DNA of 64,000 nt from Octopus vulgaris (Eukaryota). How positions within the stretch are numbered: the stretch's first letter is position 1; each line of letters starts with the position of its first letter. Shown one piece after another: positions 27,895 through 42,932 of this stretch. The stretch covers positions 184,450,001-184,514,000 of the forward strand of contig OX597815.1 in assembly GCA_951406725.2 (NCBI GenBank), written 5' to 3'. The notes beneath the pieces were generated by a model. That model saw only the letters and a list, made by a program, of their open reading frames with translations, searched no databases and was not told the origin of the DNA. Position numbers and translations under genes: made by a program.

Positions 27895-28799
27895 GGCCTG
27901 CTGCATCTTATTTGGAGTTACACATCTCGATTATTTTAGTCAAAATACAAGCTGTATGATTCCAACTATTTCTCTAAAATTCGTTACTTTTATAGGAAAA
28001 TAGTTAGTGATACCATCCCTCAATATTCAGAAATAATCCAGATATAAAATTCCGTCTAATGATGCGTGTGGTTATATCAAATCGGAATCAGTAGTTAATA
28101 TAAATTTATATTTGTATAGTTGGACTCCTTTTCTTTTTAATTCATTAAATATATGTATGAATGTTTGTATGTATATATGGGCATTTGCATATATATGCGT
28201 AAGTATATACATACTGAATGAACATGTTTTTGGTTTTTTTTGAAGAATTTCTCTGTATTTGTATGTTTGTTATATGACAAAACATAGCATGAAAGCAATA
28301 AATGCTAAAATGAAAATTTTTATTTTGACATCAAAATAACGTTTCAGATATAATGGTTACACAAAAGTTATTAGTAAGTACAACAAAGCGAAGAAATGAA
28401 TGAAACATTCATTGGTTTCACACAAGTTATACTTAAAAATAACATTGATTCTCTTCGTAATTTTCATTGCCGATTGAAATCCCACTGTTTTTTTCTTGCT
28501 GTTTCTTCTCCTACTTTTTTTTTTTACTATTTTTGGTATTGTTTTAAAATATATGAATACCTCTTTCAAATAATTTCCTTTGTCATTTCTTTCTCAAGAC
28601 ATCAATAATTTATTTGGCCATTCGAAATGCTAACATTAAAAAAAGGGGGCAAATTAACACGTTAAATGAATATGTTACTAATTAGAAGGAAAAAAGAAAA
28701 ATTATCGCCTTAATCTTCATATTTACCATTATAAAGTGTCAAGCACGTTCTGAATATCGTTCAGATGATAACATAAATATTCATTTCGATTGCTAACAA

Positions 28800-29260
28800 A
28801 GTTATCATCATCCACATCTGCTCATCACTATTCCCACTTTATCACTAACATCGTCATTTATCACTAACATCGATATTATAATCATCATCATCATCATCAT
28901 CGATAAAACCACAATAATTATAATCATTACTATGATGCTGCGGATGATGATGGTTTCACGATCATAATACCACCATTTCTCCGAACCATACCTAAACTTA
29001 CCCATCCCATCAACCACATCATCAACTACAACATCATCTTCAATATCAGAAGTAGCATCGCCATCAGTATCATGAACACTACGACTTCTATCCCATCCAC
29101 ATCTTCCTTTCCATTATCATTAAAGTGACCACAATCAGTTTACATCACTGCCAACACCACTTACACAATTTCCACTCACTTTATCCTTAATATGATTATC
29201 ATGATCAAGGTCATCCACATGATCCCGATTATCATAATCTTAATCACCTCCAGCCATCTC
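28800..29260. repeat. Degenerate (CAT)n-derived trinucleotide low-complexity tract
   Basis: Runs of cat/atc/cac triplets. Confidence 0.7.
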
Positions 29261-30426
29261 ATCGAAAATAGCATCAGAATTTCATTTTACTATTTCCCCA
29301 TCCCCGTGCGTTTCTTGGTTGTGCAATCGTACCTTTTCATTTTCAAAGTCTCAAATCTCCAACCTGGTTTCAATTTTAGTTTAGTATAAATTTTATTGAC
29401 ATTGCATGATCTCCAGGACTTTGTTTTTCTCATTTTAATTTATTTCGAACTCGAAAGAAAAATACATTTTTATTCTAACAATATGTATTTCATCAAATTT
29501 ACAAGTGTCTATTCCGAAACGATAAGGCTCTCTCCTAATCGAGAAGCTATAAGTCGAATCATATCTTTCTACCGTACTGTCTTCGCATGTAAGCAATTAA
29601 TCTTTCATTTTCTTCGTTTTCTTTAATAATCTTTACTCTAATACTTACTTCACTTAAGTAGACATCACGGTTATAAATAGCATGAAGATGAAGAACTTTC
29701 GAGATAATATGATGTTCAAATTGAATTTATTCCATTGAAGTATCATCTGTATCAATGGCATTTCCTCAAATCCAAATTTCATCAAAGTATCTTCTAAAAT
29801 GAAAAATGAAATTTATAAACTAAATCCTGACCTAAAACAAGCTTAGCACATGTTGTGCAACACACTTCACATTCAGCTCATGGGAACCATGGCAAAGTTT
29901 AATCAATGACTGAATATTTCGCGATAATTGGGAACCACATTTAAGATACTGAAGACTGCAGAAATTTCCCGATTCATCAAGTCAACATTCACTTCTATAA
30001 TGCTAAATAACTAAACAGTTATTAATATTTCTGAAGGTCACTTTCTGCATTTATAATTAGTTTTAATAATTCAGTGAGGAGTGAGCAAAAGATTGTTTCC
30101 ACGTGCTTCAGAAATTTCATCCCTCCTTATCCATGCGGTGAAGTATCCCCAACCATTGCAAATAAATACCACTTTCTACTTCTATCTGTAAATAGATATA
30201 TCTATTTATAGATAGGACTGCATGCATTTCTATAAGGAACATGGTTCAATATACATACACACATATATATACATGCATATATATATACATGCATATATAA
30301 ACACACACACACACACACACATATATATACATACATACATGCATATATATATACACACACACATATATATACATACATGCATATATAAACACACACATAT
30401 ATATATATACATACATGCATATATAA

Positions 30427-30457
<31 letters not shown>

Positions 30458-30589
30458 CATACATGCATATATAAACACACACATATATATATACACATCT
30501 ATATATACGTGTACGTGAGTGCATGTGTCTATGTGCGTATATATATATATGTGTGTGTGTGTGTGACACACATAGCCCAATGTCATAAT

Positions 30590-30843
30590 TCAAAACTAAC
30601 GCAGCGAAAATTTTGAAAAGTTCCCCCAGTTCTGAAAAAAATCGATAAATTCGACACGGGGTCGAGAATCAGAAACACAAACCGCAAACTGTCTAGGGGA
30701 CGCAACTCCACCTTTTTTCACTCTCAAAAAAAATTTACCATCATTTTTTTCCATTTTTTTGCTATTTTATGGCTATAACTCTCTAAAAATGCTTTATAGT
30801 TATTTCCCTTACAAACCTGAGCAACGCCGGGCGATACTGCTAG
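30590..30843 (+). mobile_element. Helitron 3' portion
   Basis: Ends tttcccttacaaacctgagcaacgccgggcgatactgctag|t as at 3073; differs from that copy upstream. Confidence 0.75.
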
Positions 30844-31749
30844 TATATTATAAATTTCTTTAGTTTTATCCTCATCTGTTCTCCACGGAGCATTCAAACT
30901 GTTGTTTCCATTAAAACCTGAATAGCAGAGATTGTTTCCATATATTTGCGCTCCATCCCTCGTCCCTTCTTCTCACGAGCCTGAATGAGGAAGAACCATG
31001 AATTTCAAAGAGTAGATGATCCTGATAGGGGCCTATTCTGGGTGCTGCCTGCAGAAATCTTTCTGATCTGGATATTTTGTAAGGCAGAGTCATCAAGCCT
31101 TGCGGTTACCACGAGCCACAAGACATAAACCCCATGACACAAAATATGGCGTATTTCAACTTATTGCCCGACTGCTGTCTTTACCTCGACAGTGAACAAA
31201 ATTCTACACACAAAGGAATAGTTACAGGGCAGAAAAGATAAAGCTTGTTGAAAGCGATTATGACCTGTCAATTTTTATGAAGTCTTCACTTGATTTGGTG
31301 CCTATGTAGACAACAGTAATAAAAAAAAAACATAATCTCGGCCCTCTCAATACAACAGCACTCCATGGATGTGACAGCTGGAATTAAAGAGATCTTCAGC
31401 AGTACTGGGCTAGTTGACGTTTACATGTGTATAGAGTGCTTTAAATTGAAAGAAGTGCCTTCCTCAAAGACACCATGGACAATTGCACTACAGCCGAAGT
31501 CACATCTCTATGCTCCTGAGCTCCAACCTTAATCAACAGGCCCATACACCCACCCACACACACGTGTGAATATGTGCATGTGTATATATGTTTATATGTA
31601 TGTGTAGTACTTGGATAATTAATTTTCAAGGTTAAAGGTTAGTTAGTTACCAACACTTCAGTATAATATATATTAACAAATTCCTTAATCAATGGTTAAT
31701 CAGAGAAACAGTTCCTACGAGAATTTGTACATGCCATTATTTTGCAATG

Positions 31750-32060
31750 TGGATGCACATGGCCTAGTTGTAAGAGCAGCGGACTTTCAGTCGAGGGATC
31801 GCGGGTTCGAATCTCAGACCGAGCAATGTGTGTGTTTATGAGCGACACACCTAAGCTTTACGCGGCTCTGGCAGAAGATAATGGCGAACTTCTGCTGACT
31901 ATTTTGCCACAACTTTCTCTCACTCTTTCCTCCTGCATCTTGCAGCTCATCTGCGACAGATCAGCGTCCCGTGCAGTTGGGGAATCTATACTCCAAGGAA
32001 ACCGAGAAACCGGCCCTTATGAGCCAGGCATGACCTGAGAAGGTGCAAATAAACAACAAT
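31750..32060 (+). mobile_element. tRNA-derived SINE (family C/V-like variant)
   Basis: tggcctagttgtaagagc...gggttcgaatctc A/B boxes; the tail gaaaccggcccttatgagccaggc is shared with 12543. Confidence 0.6.
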
Positions 32061-32149
32061 TATTTTGCAATAGGGATCCATTAAACTAAAATAGCGAAGT
32101 TCTTCACACATTTTCATTTCCGTCTTCTATCTATCTGCCTGCCTCTATG

Positions 32150-32208
<59 letters not shown>

Positions 32209-32324
32209 GTATCTATGCACACACACACACACACACAATGGATCCTCGGCTGTTGGTTCTGTCAATAATAAACGAACTTAATTTCTTTCCGTTGGCGGTG
32301 GTGGTTTGGTAAAGCAAAATCAAC

Positions 32325-32484
32325 ACAGGAGTAGCTGTGTGGTAAGTAGCTTGCTTACCAGCCACATAGTTCCGGGTTCAGTCCCACTGTGTGGTACCTT
32401 GGGCAAGTGTCTTCTACTATAGCCTCGGGCCGACCAAAGCCTTGTGAGTGGATCTGGTTGACGGAAACTGAAAGAAGCCCGTCT

Positions 32485-32529
<45 letters not shown>

Positions 32530-32730
32530 ATCGGTGTTTCTCCCCTCAACATCGCTTGACAACCGATGCTGGGGAGTTTACGTCCCCTTAACTTAGCGGT
32601 TCGGCAAAAGAGACAGATAGACTAAGTACTAGGCTTACAAAGAATAAGTCCTGGGGTCAATTTGCTCGGCTAAAGGCGGTGCTCCAGCATGGCCGCAGTC
32701 AAATGACTGAAACAAGTAAAAGAGTAAAGA
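32325..32730 (+). mobile_element. SINE family A, full length
   Basis: Highly similar to 45718-46173; internal (TA)n(TG)n. Confidence 0.88.
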
Positions 32731-32975
32731 GAGAGTAAGTAACTGCCAGAAGTATTATTGCAGTTTCCTTTTTATACGAGGAAAAACTAATTCAAACTAA
32801 AGTGTTATGCTTCAACAACTTTGGTTAACTTGCTAATCATGTTACCTTTAAAATCCAACAATAATACAGGCTCTTTTCTAAAAGTGCTATGCAATATAAT
32901 AAGAATCTACATTTGGAATTCTAAACGATGCTTGCTCTTCATGTATCTAATAGGAGCTAATATACGCATATTGTA

Positions 32976-33110
32976 AGGCGGTGAGCTGCTAGAATAGTTA
33001 GCTTGCCGACAAAATTGCTAAATGGTATCTGGTCTCATGTTACGTTCTGAGTTCAAATTCCTCATTGTGGACATTGTTTTCGTCATTACAGGATCGATAC
33101 CAGTTGAGCA
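32976..33110 (+). mobile_element. SINE family B, degenerate
   Basis: aaggcggtgagctg head and acgttctgagttcaaattcc. Confidence 0.6.
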
Positions 33111-33412
33111 GTGAGCTCGAGGAAATTGAATTCCACCTTCTCTTTGTGATGTGACAGAGATACGCACACACACGTTTGTGTGGGTGTGTATAAAGAAAGT
33201 AAGAAAATGGAGATATACCAATTAATATCAATATATTTTCTGCAAAAATCAAACATGGTCCCTTACAGCTGTTTTAATTAAGCCTAACAGATTAAATAGT
33301 AATTGATAAAATCATTATACTAGGCAAAATCTCTTCAGAGAGGTTAAAACAAAGATATACTGTCAGGTTTTTAAGAGTTGCATTTTAGAATCATCACCGC
33401 AGAGTCAGTATG

Positions 33413-33474
<62 letters not shown>

Positions 33475-33956
33475 TAAAAAGGTTGTCTAGGTATCAGTGC
33501 ATTACGGCCGTTTCGAGCGGCTCCATTTAATCGATCAATGAAGACACTACATCAATTTGAAATATACATATATAGATATTATATGCTTCTGAGTATGTGG
33601 GGGTCCGTATGTGTGTATTCACACGTATTTAGATAATCATAAATGTAATCTGGAAAATATGTATGGGCCATTTGTTTTTTTTCATAAAACATTAATTTGT
33701 TATTATAAATCAATGGTAACATTCATGTAAATTTGTGGTTTCTAAAAAGACAATTATGTTAGTACATAGTTCCGTATGAAAAATCTAATAACCCCTGTAT
33801 CACTCTTTATCTTTCTCTCCCTGCTGTCTATCTGTAAATAGAGGTGAATGTGTATTTATATATGCACACATAGAAACATATATGTGTATATATAACTGTG
33901 TGTGTATTTATATTTATGTATGTGTGTGTGCGTGTATAGAGACAGAGCGCGAAAGA

Positions 33957-33997
<41 letters not shown>

Positions 33998-34101
33998 TAT
34001 ATATATATATACACAAATTTATATATATATATATATATACATATATACATGCATGTGTATATACTTTGCGTATATATATATATATATACATATATACATG
34101 C

Positions 34102-34142
<41 letters not shown>

Positions 34143-35620
34143 TGTGTGTGTTAGTGTGTGCAAATAAGTATATCAGAGTGTCTATGCATGTATGTATGTA
34201 TGTTACCCAAAAGTTTGTAAATAATGAGCATCTGCAGGGTAATCAGATTTGCTGAAAACACGCATCAAAACTCGGCTTTTTTTTTGTAATTTTAGTCGAT
34301 TGCATTGATTTTTTCCCCCCTTTGAAATTTGTTTATTTCGACTATTCAGTAATAATTAGTTTTGTTGTTGTATTCTACTAAAATGTTCATAAATACATAT
34401 TAATCTTTGTAAATAGACTTATACGTATTCTAAAACTCGACCCACGCACACCCCAGGCCCGCACATGTCTGTGTGAGTTTGTACAGATGCCTCTATATAA
34501 ATATATCTGTGTGTGTATATTATATACGTGTATGCGTGTGTGTGTGCGTGCTTGACAATCGGTGTTGGTGTGTTAGGCAAAGGTGAACGATACAATAAAT
34601 ACCGGTATTTAGAAAAAAAAAAACTACGTTCTGGGTTCAGATTTGATCGATTACAACCAAGCGGTCATTCCCGGACAGTGCTCCAGTATGGCCGCAGTCA
34701 AAGATAGAGACAAAATAAGGAGTCAAACACAGGAAAAGTTATATAGACCAACATATATACAATAATCAAAAGAGTTTGAAGGCGGGGGGGGGGATAAGAG
34801 GTGTGTATACGTATCGATGATCGGCAAATCAATTCAAATTTGAAAATTGTGTTTATAAACAATATTCTCTGCTGATGCCTAAGTATATACGCATGTATCT
34901 CTCTTTCTCTCTCCCACCATATATATATATGTATACATGAATTGGGAATATCTTTGAATACATAACGTCTGTACGTCCATTTCTCTATTTATTCCTTTTC
35001 TCATTCAACCACATGTGAATGGTGGGCGATTTTCTTCTTCCGTCTTCCTTTTATATTGGACTTTCCTCTGTCACCTTTTTCTCAAAATGAGCTCTGATCG
35101 AAATGTTAAACCATCTTTCTCTCCTTCTCTGAGCGTCTGGTAATACTTTACATGTACTTCGTCCTCGCGTTGTTGTTTTTTTTGTGTTTGTACATACATA
35201 TATATATACATACATACATACATATATATATATGTGTGTGTGTGTGTGTATATATGTGTGTGTGCTTGTATGCCTCCCTCTCTCTCTCTCTCTCTCTGTA
35301 TATATATATATATGTATATATATATATTACTCAAGAAACAGGTAAAAAAGAGTGAGAGAAAGTTGGGGCGAAAGAGTTCACCAGGACGCCATGATAGATC
35401 GTTAGCTTCTACAGGCATTTTTTTCTCTCCTTGTTTCTCTCCTTGTTTTTTCTGTGTATCTTTCTGTCGAAGAGCGTAGGCTCGAAACATTAAAAAGTTT
35501 TTCTATTTCTATTCTTGAGCGCCATACTAATACATTTGTTTGTTTGTACTCCACCTGCCTTCGTCTTTTGTTTATTTTCGTAAACTTTCCCTGTAAACAT
35601 ACATATATATATATATATAT

Positions 35621-36032
35621 GAGCGCAGGCATGGTGGTGTGGTAAGAAACGTACCTCCCAGTCACTCTCCTCCCGGTTGAATCTCACTGCCTGGCAACTC
35701 GATCAAGTGATTTCAGTTAATGCATGGGACGACCAAAGCCTTGGGAGTGCAATTGCAATTTTTAGGTATATACTTACACACACACACACACACAGACACA
35801 CACACACACACATTATATATATATGTATGTATGTATATACACGTGTGTGCATGTGTGTTCGTCGGTGAGGGTGAATTTACGTCCCTTTAACTTAGCAGTT
35901 CGTCAAAATCAACCGATATAAGTAGTAGATTTAAAATTACAGAAGTATCGGCATCAATTCATTCGCTAAAATTCTACAAGGCGGTGCACTGGCATGGCTG
36001 CTGTCTAATGACAGAAACAAGAGATAAAAGAT
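35621..36032 (+). mobile_element. SINE family A, degenerate
   Basis: gcgcaggcatggtggtgtggtaag head, gaccaaagccttg, and aaggcggtgcactggcatggc tail. Confidence 0.7.
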
Positions 36033-36083
36033 ATTTACTTATGTGTGTGTACTAACACATGTATGTACTAACGCATTGATGCG

Positions 36084-36498
36084 TGGCGAGCTGGCAGAAT
36101 CGTTATCACGCCGGGCGAAATGCTTAGCGGTATTTCGTCGGCTGCTACGTTCTGTGTCCAAATTCCGCCGAGGTCGACTTTGCCTTTCATCCTTTCGGAG
36201 TCGATTATATTAAGTACCTGTTATGCACTGGGGTCGATATAATCGACTTAATCCGTTTGTCTGTCTTTGTTTGTCTCCTCTGTGTTTAGCCCCTTGTGGG
36301 TAGTAAAGAAATAGGTATTTCGTCTATCTTTTCGTTTTCAGTCCAAATTCCGTACTCGGGTCGATCTAATGGACTGGTTCCCTCCCCCAAAATTTCGGGG
36401 TTTGTGCCCAGAGTAGTCAAGAATCGTTAGCACGCCGGGAGAAATACTTAGCGGTATTTCGTCTGTCTTTAAGTTCTGAGATCAAATTCCACCGAGGC
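36084..36498 (+). mobile_element. SINE family B, tandem multimer
   Basis: Same arrangement of units as 1530-2120. Confidence 0.8.
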
Positions 36499-37634
36499 AA
36501 CTGCTCATAGATTGTTGAGGCAGCCGTTCGACGCCTCTATTCTCATTCACCACCGACCGATGACAGATAAAAGGCACACATTTTGACACCCTAAATGTAG
36601 TGCGATTATTTCCCACTAGTGATGGGCCAGCCACAGATAGCTATATTCCCATAGGTCCCAGTAGTATATATCTCCTAGCGTGCAATTGTCATTGTTAATA
36701 TTTGTTGAAACGTGCAGTAAATATAGTTGTTAACTTCTTCTACGTGCAGCCCCAGAAGTCCATTTTCGTTCACTAGAAACAAACAACTACTCGTGACACA
36801 CATTTCATTTTGTTTGTCTGTAATTATCCTCATATTATATTCCATCATTCTCGTGACTATATCGACTGATTTAAAAGAGCGCATCTATTCTCGGAGCGTG
36901 CCAGAAAAGGATTAAAATGCTTTCAAAATGAATCTGTTTTCAGCCTAAACAGGCTCTCATTGAATATACATATGATAATCTTCTCATAACCCTTCCCATC
37001 TTCCTTTCGACAACACCAGAAATAATCCAGTACATGACCCAGTGTTTTTATAACTTTTAAACGATAAAACTGTTGTTTGGGAAAATTTGACTGCAATATC
37101 GAGCTGTTCAAGCGGCCACGTATTTCAAACAAGCAAGTAAAGGAAAGAGAAAACAATTGCTTTACTGAGGTTGTTCTTTATAACATTTATATTATAGGAT
37201 TGCGATAACAGAATTTGTTCGAAAAATCAATTGATTCTATCAGATTCAAACTTTGGTACGAGACCTCATATTCTGGAGTCAAGAGAATATTATCTGGTGT
37301 TTTAACAATAGTATTTCTACAATACTTGCTTTATCGAATCCAGAAGGATTTCAAGCAATATCGACTTCTGTCGGATTCCAAACGTGAACTTAAAAATAGT
37401 AGCAATTAAATACAGCAACACTTTCCCCACAATGCTTGCCCAAATCTATCCTATCTCTAATGTTAATTTAATTAAAACAAGAAAGAATCTTAAGTGCTTT
37501 TATTTTATTTATCGTTAATCATATCCATATCTAGTTATGATTTGATTTTGATTTTTCCAGTTTCAGCTAATGAGCTGTGGCCATGCTGGGGCACCGCCAT
37601 TTAAAAATTAAGCTCGTCCCTTATATAAAATTTC

Positions 37635-37822
37635 AAATTTTGTCACAGGGACACCAATTTCAGAGGAGGGGATTAATTCGACTAGATAGACCCCAGTGCT
37701 CCACTGGTACTTATTTCACCGACCCCAAAAGAATAAAAAGCAAAGTAGACTTCGGTGGCATGTGAACTCAGAACTTAAACACGAACGAAATGCCGCTAAG
37801 CATTTTACCCGCCGCGCTAACT
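37635..37822 (-). mobile_element. SINE family B, degenerate
   Basis: ctggtacttatttcaccgacccc...aaatgccgctaagcattt. Confidence 0.65.
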
Positions 37823-39344
37823 ATTATGTCAGACTCACATGTTCATATAATATTAACGAAAGCATTAATTTTTTTACTCGTGATCACGATGCTCTAATAA
37901 TAACCAAACTATCTATAGTAGAAATAATTTGCTGTTACAGTATTTTTGTATTGATAACAATATTAAAAGAAATTACTTCAAATCGAAACAGTGACCGGTT
38001 AAGCGAACCAGGCAAATATCCCTATTTTGGTTAATATGCGCCATAAATGGTAATTTTATTGAAATATTTTAGGGGTGTATATACTTCTTGAGATAGTGTA
38101 TGTGTGTGTGTGTGTTATTAAAGTTATAAATAAGGGTATCAAAGGGTAATGTTAATAATTATATACTGTAAGGTGTTTTTCTTCCCATGCTACTACTTGA
38201 TTTGATCGTTATATAAATAAAGATTTTATCCTTATATAGAAATATATTCAGCATATATTTTAATAAAGGTTGAATTTCTTTTGACGTTCGCTTTACATGC
38301 TTTTTATTGCAATGGGACCACTGATTTATTTATTTGCCTCGTGTGTTACTGCTGACCTTAATGCATGGCTGAATCATACGCAATAAACATCTGCCTTCAC
38401 GGAAAATATTTAGGCAGCGTCCATATTGGAAGCGTCCATACATATTTAAGCAATTGAGTGCCAAGAGAAATTGCTTGTGTGTCGAATAAGCAAACATATT
38501 TCGATAGAAAATTATATGCATGGTATGGTTTATAGAGTTGCATGTTCAAACCTCATTGAATATCTAAGATTAGAAATTGGATTTTGAAAATCCATCAAAC
38601 TCAAATATTATATGTATTCACGCAAGCAACCATTTTCCCGGAAGCATGCAATGCATAGTTTGTGTAGAGCATGTACATGTAAAATAACAACATTTACAAA
38701 ATAAATCTATGATTCCCTAGATAGGAAATAGCATTTCTTAGTGAGGCATGAAATAGTACAGGTGTAGGCAAACAATCATGAAATTGCAAATAGGCAATAG
38801 TACCGGAATGGAAATCCGTAAAATAGAAAATGCGGTGATAATGAGATTAAAAGTATTCCAGCATAATTACCCCCAAATCCTCATAAACACCGTCGCCTCA
38901 TAAAACAGAACAGCAAGTGGAATAAAACCACACCAACAATTAAGACATATATCAGTCTAATATTGGAAGAAGCTCGGCATGATGAAATGAAGTAGCCTTA
39001 TTTAAACAATGACTGCTTACTTTTGCAGATTAATCATATGCAATTCAGATGCCTGTTCACATAAAACTATTATAGGTGGCTGAGTACTTGTCTCACTACA
39101 GGAACCCTTCCCCCATATAAACAAAATAAACTGTCAATACTTAACTTCATTTGTGCAAACATCTTTCTCATTCCGCTTCATTCCCTCACTCCATACGTCC
39201 ATGTGTATGTCTAAGTATACATCATACATACGTACATATATACATCTCTCTCTCACTCTCTCAATATATATATATATATATATGTACACACACACACACA
39301 TACATACACACATACATATGTGTGTGTGCGTGTGTGTGTGTGTG

Positions 39345-39530
39345 AAGGCGCATGGCTCAGTGGTTAGAGCATCGTGCTTACGATCGTGAGGTTGTGAGTT
39401 CGATTCCCGGATCGGGTTGCGTGTTATGTTCTTGAGCAAGACACTTTATTTCACGTTGCTCCAGTTCATGTCACTGGTCCCAAGCTGTATCAGATTTTGC
39501 GTTTCCCTTGAATAGAATCGCTGACACAGA
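39345..39530 (+). mobile_element. SINE family C, 5' part
   Basis: ggcgcatggctcagtggttagagc...gagttcgattccc...ttgagcaagacactttatttcacgttgctccag. Confidence 0.75.
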
Positions 39531-39785
39531 ATTGAATCCACCACGTAGAGTGGACAGACACGTTTATTGTATCGAAAATACTCAGAGTTTCTGCCCTGGG
39601 GCTGGGCCGTTCATCACTAACGTAAAGATCTCAACATAGGGCAAGACCCTGAATAGATTGACATACTTTGACTTGATAAAACATGCGTGTACACATAATT
39701 ATATTCATATATAGATCTATCACACATCTTTACGCATTTATATAGCTATGTACACATAAGACAGATATAGGTGTGTGTATGTATG

Positions 39786-39870
<85 letters not shown>

Positions 39871-40014
39871 TCATGTCCTGTCGTCAAAAGCAGGATATGT
39901 GAATCATATGAAGTCACACGAAAATCGAAATGCCCAGGCTGGTAATAATCGGTTTGCCAATTACGTGAGTATCTTACAGGTTCTCCGCACAAACAAAATG
40001 GTATACATATATTA

Positions 40015-40600
40015 TTAGCTTCAATCATCAGAGTGCAGCCATACTGGGGCATATCCTTAAAGGGGTCAGTTGAACAATTCGATCCCAGGACTTATTTTTG
40101 AAAAATCTGGCATTTATTCTGAGGCTCCTTTTTTTGCCAAACTGGTAAGTCATGGGGACATAAACAAACTATCACCAGTTTCTAAGCATTTGTGGGGTGA
40201 CAAATACAGACAAACACACACACACTCACACACACAGATCTGTCTATATATATTTCATATGGCTGGTCGTAATATTATCCTCTCTGAAAGAGCTTCCAGA
40301 CAATTGTGTGGAAAACGTCTGCTATACTCATACACACGCACATACATACATACATACGTACATACATACATACATACATACATACATACGTACATACATA
40401 CATACATACATACATACATACATACATACATACATACATACATACATACATACATACGACGCGCCTTCAGTTTCTGTGTACTAAATCCACTTACAACTCT
40501 TTGGTCGGCCAAGGGCTATAGTCGAAAGTAACAGCCTAAAGTGCCACGCAGTGGGACTAAATCTGAAATTATGTGGTTGGTTGGGAAGCAAATATTTTAC
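40015..40600 (-). mobile_element. SINE family A, degenerate, with expanded internal repeats
   Basis: Reverse-complement head (gtgccacgcagtgggac) and tail (gcagccatactggggca). Confidence 0.6.
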
Positions 40601-40914
40601 CATACTATGAAGTTTCTATATTATATATATTCTTGCTTATGATACCACTAGGAAAAACTTGTACATGGTTGAGAATCAAAGCTTTGTTTAAAATTGGAGC
40701 AAAATATGGTGTCAATTCCATAAATCAATACAAAACTTCTAAGTGTTGTAATGTAAACATCATAAAGAGACTTACACCAACCGCAACACAATCTGAAGCG
40801 TCTAAGAAAACTTAATATGAGGGTGTGAATATTTTCATATGGCTGGTCGTAATATTATCCTTTCCGGAAGAGATTCCAGACAATATCTTGAAAACAATAT
40901 CTTCAAAACTCATA

Positions 40915-41480
40915 TGCACATACATAAATACATACATACCTATACATACATACAAATATACATATACATACATATATATACATGCATACATACATATCTA
41001 TGCATATATACAAACCTATGCATACATACATAACTATGCATACATACATACCTATATACGTATACATATATATCTATGCATACATGCATACATATATACG
41101 TATACATATATACCTATGCATACATATATACGTATACATACATATATACCTATGCATACATATATACCTATGCATACATATATACCTATGCATACATATA
41201 TACCTATGCATACATATATACCTATGCATACATACATACCTATGCATATATACATACCTATGCATACATGCATACCTATGCAGCATACATATATACCTAT
41301 GCATACATACATACCTATATACGTATACATACATACCTGTGCATACATGCATACATACATATATACGTATACATACATATATACCTATGCATACATACAT
41401 ACATACCTACACATACATATATACGTATATATACATATATACCTATGCATACATACATACCTATACATACCTACTTACAT
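40915..41480. repeat. Minisatellite with an 18 bp unit (catacatatatacctatg)
   Basis: Tandem units give the spurious HTYIPM repeat ORF. Confidence 0.85.
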
Positions 41481-41949
41481 ACTAGAGACCGGCTCTTTAG
41501 TAAATCTTGAAATGAAACTAAATAATGACATACATACATATATACATGAATACATACATATATACATGCACACATACATACACAAACATGCATACACGCA
41601 TCCAACCACATATGCATACATCATTTTTTATATATTAAATCACATTTACGCACGCACACTTTCTCTCTAACTCATCTGCAACAATGTGCTTTGATACTAA
41701 AGGTAACTTATTTGTAGTATTTTTAAAATTATTTTTACTTCTGTTCCGCTGTAATTTGTATTTTCTTTACTATTTGATGTGTTGCTACGTTGCTATTGTT
41801 GTTGCTTAGACATAGATCTGCAAGCTGTTTCAATCACGTCTTTTTTCGTTCCATATTAACCTATTTATAGTTATATTATCTAATGCTGCAGTGGTTTACT
41901 TATTTATTTCTTTTAATGCAGACAGTAAAATGTAGTCTAATGGAGACTC

Positions 41950-42250
41950 GGCTGCCACATTTAGTATCTCGCGCGAACAAACGAATGCTCTTTCGTGTAA
42001 GAGAGAAAGTGCGAAACAAACAGAATATAATATAATATATCTGAAACACGTTTTCCAGCCTATCAAAACAACTAGAATAATATAACATTACTCCAAAACA
42101 ATTGGAGTAATGAGATTATGATCAGATGGTGATATTTTCAATGTTGCTTGGAGAACAGCATTGAAAGGTGAAGTGCTATTAAATATTACAAGGACGATGC
42201 ACACATTTCTATAAGCAATGCTGTTGTCGTGCTTTAGTGACGATCGGCTA
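41950..42250 (-). pseudogene. Decayed mariner transposase C-terminal fragment
   Basis: Minus strand ISPSDHNL resembles the mariner LAPSDYHLF motif; little other support. Confidence 0.3.
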
Positions 42251-42932
42251 AGTTATTCATGTATAGTTTATATTCTCTTACTCTGTGACCTTACTCACTT
42301 TAACGTTCCTTCAACTTACTCTACTCTTCATCGGCAGCCATATTGATGTCCTTGATGCATAGTCCTATATTCAGATCAAGTAGATATGGCCGTGGTATCT
42401 ATGACTACAATATTGAATGTTTTTTTTTTCTCCTTTAGTTGCTATTCTCAGCAAATAAAAAACCTCATTGGCTCCTACTTAAAATGCTTTGTCTCTCATT
42501 ATAATATCTACGGAGAATATAATAAGTGATTTAGCAAATTCGTTAGAAAATAAGGCTTGCTATATTTTGTTACGACCCTTTAGGTTCTGGGTTCAAATCA
42601 TCTAATGGAAATAAAATTTGTGTTTACATTTTTCCGTGATCGATAAATTGAAACATAGCAATGTACTACGGCGATTTAATCACTTATAATCATTTGAAAA
42701 ATGTAGGCCTTGTACTAATATTAGCTTCTTAAACAGATCTATAAATTATCCTAATCTCTATAGCGTGTGTTAAAATGAACTCTGTAAAGTGGGTTGTAAT
42801 TAGGGAACAATTAGGGAACAACTGAAATAGGAATTTATGCGTTACAAATATTCGAGTTCATTGTGAGAAACAAACATATAGCGCTTCGAGAAAGCTATAT
42901 TTTTGCTGTGCCTCTGGTATTTCGTTATATGA

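Noticed and set aside
36900-37160. LDYFWCCR peptide suggesting a transposase remnant
   Set aside because: A single short motif with no supporting context or termini.
40825-41670. 281 aa ORF with HTYIPM repeats; CRISPR-like periodicity
   Set aside because: 18 bp minisatellite without unique spacers; no cas genes.
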